This document shows positions 60,639 to 64,000 of a DNA stretch of 64,000 nucleotides, in pieces. A program made the translations under genes and the position numbers. The DNA is from Pristiophorus japonicus. Its lineage: Eukaryota. Under the pieces are notes generated by a model that was not told the origin of the DNA, did not search any database, and saw only the letters and a program-made list of their open reading frames with translations. Position 1 is the first letter of the stretch, and every line of letters starts with the position of its first letter. The stretch covers positions 12,958,001-13,022,000 of the forward strand of contig NC_091977.1 of the NCBI RefSeq assembly GCF_044704955.1, written 5' to 3'.

Positions 60639-61300
60639 CGGGTTGGGGTCGGAGTCGACCTCGCGTCGGGGTCAACCTCAGGTTGGGGTCGGGTTGGGCT
60701 CGAGTCGGGGTCGGGCTAGGGTCTAGCTCGGGGTCGGGCTCAGATTGGGGCCGGGATGTAGGCGAGTTGGGGTCGTGTTGGAGGTGAGTTGGGGTCATGT
60801 TGGGGTCAGGTTGGAGGCGAGTTGGGGTCGGATTGGAGGTGGATTGGGCTTGGGTTGGGATCGTATTGGGGTTGGGTTAAGGTCGGGTTGGCGTTGGATT
60901 TGAGGTGAGTTGGGGTCAGGTTGGAGGCGGGTTGGAGGCGGGTTGGGGTCGGTTTAGGGTCAGGTTAGGGTCGGGTTGGGGTTGGTTTAGGGTCAGGTTG
61001 GGGTCGGGTTGGGGTTGGTTTAGGGTCAGGTTGGGGTCGGGTTGGGGTTGGTTTAGGGTCAGGTTGGGGTCGGGTTGGGGTCGGTTTAGGGTCAGGTTGG
61101 GATCGGGTTGGGGTCGGTTTAGGGTCGGGTTGGGGTCGGGTTGGTGTCGGGTTGGAGGAGACTTTGGGTCAGTTTAGGGTCAGGTTGGGGTCAGGTTGGG
61201 GTCGGGTTGGAGGCGGGTTAGGGTCGGTTTAGGATCAGGTTGGGGTCGGGTTGGGGTCGGGTTGGGGTCGGGTTGGGGTCGGGTTGGAGGCGAGTTAGAG
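60639..61300 (+). repeat. G-rich 11-bp tandem repeat (GGGTTGGGGTC) with a 33-bp higher-order unit
   Basis: Visible array, e.g. (gggtcaggttggggtcgggttggggttggttta)n at ~60957-61090. Confidence 0.9.
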
Positions 61301-61694
61301 GCGGTTTTGAGATTAAAAATGTTATCATTCCACCCACCTCCAACCCAACCGCTTTTGGGAGTTAAAATTTCCCGCTGTGATTCTAAACTGTTGAATGCAG
61401 AACTTTAATCAGAACTGGATGGTTGCATGTGTAAAAGACAGACTCTAATATTCCAGTAAGCAACATACTTTGTTTTAAAGTTGAGAATGAAAGTCCGTTT
61501 ATGAAAGGACTACAGTTATCAGGTTGAATTGTACAATCCCATGCTCCCAATAAAGGTCTCGAAGGGAGCCCAGGATCAGCGAGACAGTGCACAGAATCCT
61601 CTGGCCACTGCTTCTTTCAACTGTAGGATGCCATCAGTTTCAGCAATTTATTTTCTCTGTGAATTGAGATCTCTTGCTCTATTTTTAGCGCACT

Positions 61695-61965
61695 ACAACA
61701 ACAGCAACAACTTGCATTTATATATCGCCTTTCACGTAACAAGATATCCCAAAGCGCTTCAGAGGAGTGTGGTCAGAGAGAAATTAACACCGAGGCAAAG
61801 AAGGAGATAGGTGTTTGAATGTTTTGTGAAAGAGGTAGGTTTAAGGAACGTCTTAAAGGAAGAGGGAGAGGTGGTAGGGCTGGAGGAGGTGACAGAGAAA
61901 GGGACGTTCGAGGCCATGAAGGGATTAGAAGCAACAGAACCAGATGGGAGCCGAGGAGAACAATA
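61695..61965 (-). mobile_element. L2 3' end
   Basis: (caa)n tail, ttgcatttatatatcgcctt; homologous to 55461-55700. Confidence 0.7.
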
Positions 61966-62160
61966 GCTGTTGTGATCTGAAATGCTCTGCCTGAATGGGC
62001 GGTGGACGCAGATTCAATAATAACTTTCAAAGGGGAATTGGATAAATACTTGATGGGGAAAAATTTGCAGGGCTGTGGGGAAAGGGCAGAGGGAGTGGAA
62101 CTAATTAGATAGCTCTTTCAAAGAGCCGACACAGAGACGATCTGTCCTGTATCAGTCAAT

Positions 62161-62988
62161 GGGCTGGATTTCGCATTTTCTGTTTTCGGGGCAATAATGG
62201 TGACGGGGTGGGAAAGTTAGCGGCCGGGAATAACATAAGAACATAAGGAATAGGAGCAGGAGTAGGCCATTTGGCCCCTCGAGCCTGCTCTGCCATTTAA
62301 TAAGATCATGGCTGATCTGATCATGGGCTCGGCTCCACTTCCCTGCCCGCTCCCCATAACCCTTTACTCCATTATCGCTCAAAAATCTGTCCATCTCCAC
62401 CTTAAATATATTCAATGACCCAGCCTCCACAGCTCTCTGGGACTGGGAATAGTTTGCGCTTTAGTATGTAAATTTGGGCATCGCGACCCTGCGTCAGGTG
62501 CTGTTCACCGCTCTTGCTGCAAGGATGGGAAACCCTCGAGCTAAAGAGCCGGGCCGGGAGCACTCCAAGAGCGGCCTGGGTGGTCGGGGGGAAACCGACA
62601 AATCCCCACAGGAACATTCCTAAAACATGGCCCACACCACCACCACCGCAACACAAACCGCACAAAAATTTAAAACAGGAAACACCCACACTTACATTTG
62701 TAGCACTTTACCTTCCCCACCACCGCTGGCTCGGCTGGACCGCTCTGATTTCCCAGGCCGTTATTGCGGGCGCACTTCGGGGCGGACGGGTCGGCCAAGA
62801 CTCAAAACTGGCGCCGGTGTCGCAACCAGGGGCGTTACACACCCAGCGCAACTCTTCCCGGCGATGCTGCTCAGCGCCACCACCAAACCCGACCCGAGGG
62901 TCGCGGCAGGGCGTTGGAGACCTCACCGACACCTTTCACGCCGCTCCGGGGCGAAAGCCGGAGCACAAAGGACCGGAAAATCCAGCCC
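62161..62988. mobile_element. MITE (PIF/Harbinger-like) with a nested CR1 3' end (~62231-62445, minus)
   Basis: TIRs GGGCTGGATTT / AAATCCAGCCC; AAT on both flanks (3-bp TSD). Confidence 0.75.
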
Positions 62989-62999
62989 AATGATTCTAT

Positions 63000-63222
63000 A
63001 AGAGCAGGGGAGTTATCCCTGGGGTTTTGGCCAATATTTATCCCTCAACCAGTTAAACTGGCCATTAACTCATGGCTGTTTGTTGGATCTTGCTGTGCAC
63101 AAAATGGCTGCCGCGTTTCCTATATTACAACAGTGACTACACAGCAAAAAGTACTTCATTGGCTGTGAAGCTCTTTGGGACGCCCTGAGGTTGTGAAAGT
63201 TGCTATATAAATGCAAGTCCTT
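63000..63222 (+). mobile_element. SINE 3' half (SacSINE1/Deu-like)
   Basis: agagcaggggagtt...gctatataaatgcaagt; reverse-complement similarity to 54285-54520. Confidence 0.78.
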
Positions 63223-63484
63223 TCTACGGTCATTTATCATTTGAAAAGTAAATGTGTTCAGTCTAGACCATCAGGTCTTGCAGTTTTATTGTGATATCTG
63301 TGGCTCTGTATTTGCTGTATTGTAATTGTATATTCATTCTCGGGATGTCGTCATCGCTGGCAAGGATGGCATTTTATTGCTGATCCCTAGTTGCCCTTGA
63401 GATGGTGGCGCTGAGCCTTCTTCTTGAACCGTTGCATCACAAGAGCTTTGTGTACAAGACTAACATACTGCCCCTGTCCCACAG

Positions 63485-63871
63485 GCAGCAGTCAATGGTC
63501 AATGTCAAGTCCACAGAAAGTAACCGGTTGGGAAGGAAAGTCTGTCATCTTGTCCTGCAAGTTCACACATCCCAACACTGACTATAGAGGGAGAATCACA
63601 GTCATCTGGAAGATAGAGAAGTATTATGATGGACCGCCTATTTTTAAATGTATAACTGTCGACCAACGCCAGAACTGCATAAATCAGAATGTGACTGATC
63701 CAACTGGAGAGAATCGCTATCCACTGACAGGAGACCCAAGTAAAAATGATGCTTCAATAATGATCCAAAAACTTGTGAAAAATGATAAGAATCAAAATCT
63801 CTGCGGTGTGGAGCTTGATTTGCCCAGACAAGGGTTTGAACATAAACCTGGAACATGTCTACAGGTAATAG
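63485..63871 (+). CDS. Siglec-15-like V-set Ig exon (possibly pseudogenic)
   Basis: Phase 1-1, 387-nt open exon; acceptor ccctgtcccacag, donor G|GTAAG; WSMSSP...LSCKFTHP..Y.G..TVIW...YDGPPIFKC...GDPSKNDAS...LCGVEL matches Siglec-15 WSMQVP...LPCTFTHP...YAGPQVFRC...GNPRRNDLS...YFCRVEF. Confidence 0.85.
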
Positions 63872-64000
63872 GTAAGGACTTGCCTGTAACTGAACTTCAA
63901 TTCCAAACTGCGTGCTGATGAATGGTCATGGACCTGAAACATTAACTCTGTTTCACTCTCTGCAGATGCTCCCTGACCAGCTGAGTGCATTTTCTGTTTT

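Larger units (their letters stand above)
57386..61373. mobile_element. GC-rich non-autonomous element (MITE-like), split by a CR1 and containing a G-rich expansion
   Basis: GC-rich non-coding blocks 57386-57670 and 60570-61373 flank the CR1; ends ...aaaattttccc; left end uncertain. Confidence 0.45.

Noticed and set aside
60900-61230. Interstitial telomere
   Set aside because: TTAGGG occurs only singly within an 11/33-bp unit, never as a tandem hexamer array.

Overview
Vertebrate genomic DNA, almost certainly from a cartilaginous fish (shark-type CR1 LINEs with (TTTCTATG)n tails, SacSINE1/Deu-type SINEs). Most of the window is nested transposable elements: many CR1 copies, L2, Tx1, Penelope, a deleted Gypsy element, two solo LTRs and MITEs. 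Host-gene content is limited to three scattered Siglec-15-like Ig exons (C2+TM exon on minus at 6852-7223, a truncated V exon on plus at 7634, a V exon on plus at 63485-63871). The window starts in the 3' end of a class I (gamma/epsilon-type) ERV. The main finding is a complete, mildly decayed provirus at 27167-41551 inserted into a CR1. It has paired ~1.1-kb LTRs, a tRNA-Arg-like PBS, a coiled-coil/CCHC gag, a UGA-CUAG stop in frame with pro-pol, a YVDD RT, two RNase H domains and an integrase with a long tail carrying a duplicated motif. Its env lacks gamma-type motifs and looks like a paramyxo/pneumovirus-F-like class I fusion protein, i.e. lokiretrovirus-like. Removing a 19-bp duplication reveals an apparent Ig-like domain at the env N-terminus. 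All family assignments come from motif recognition by eye; no searches were run.
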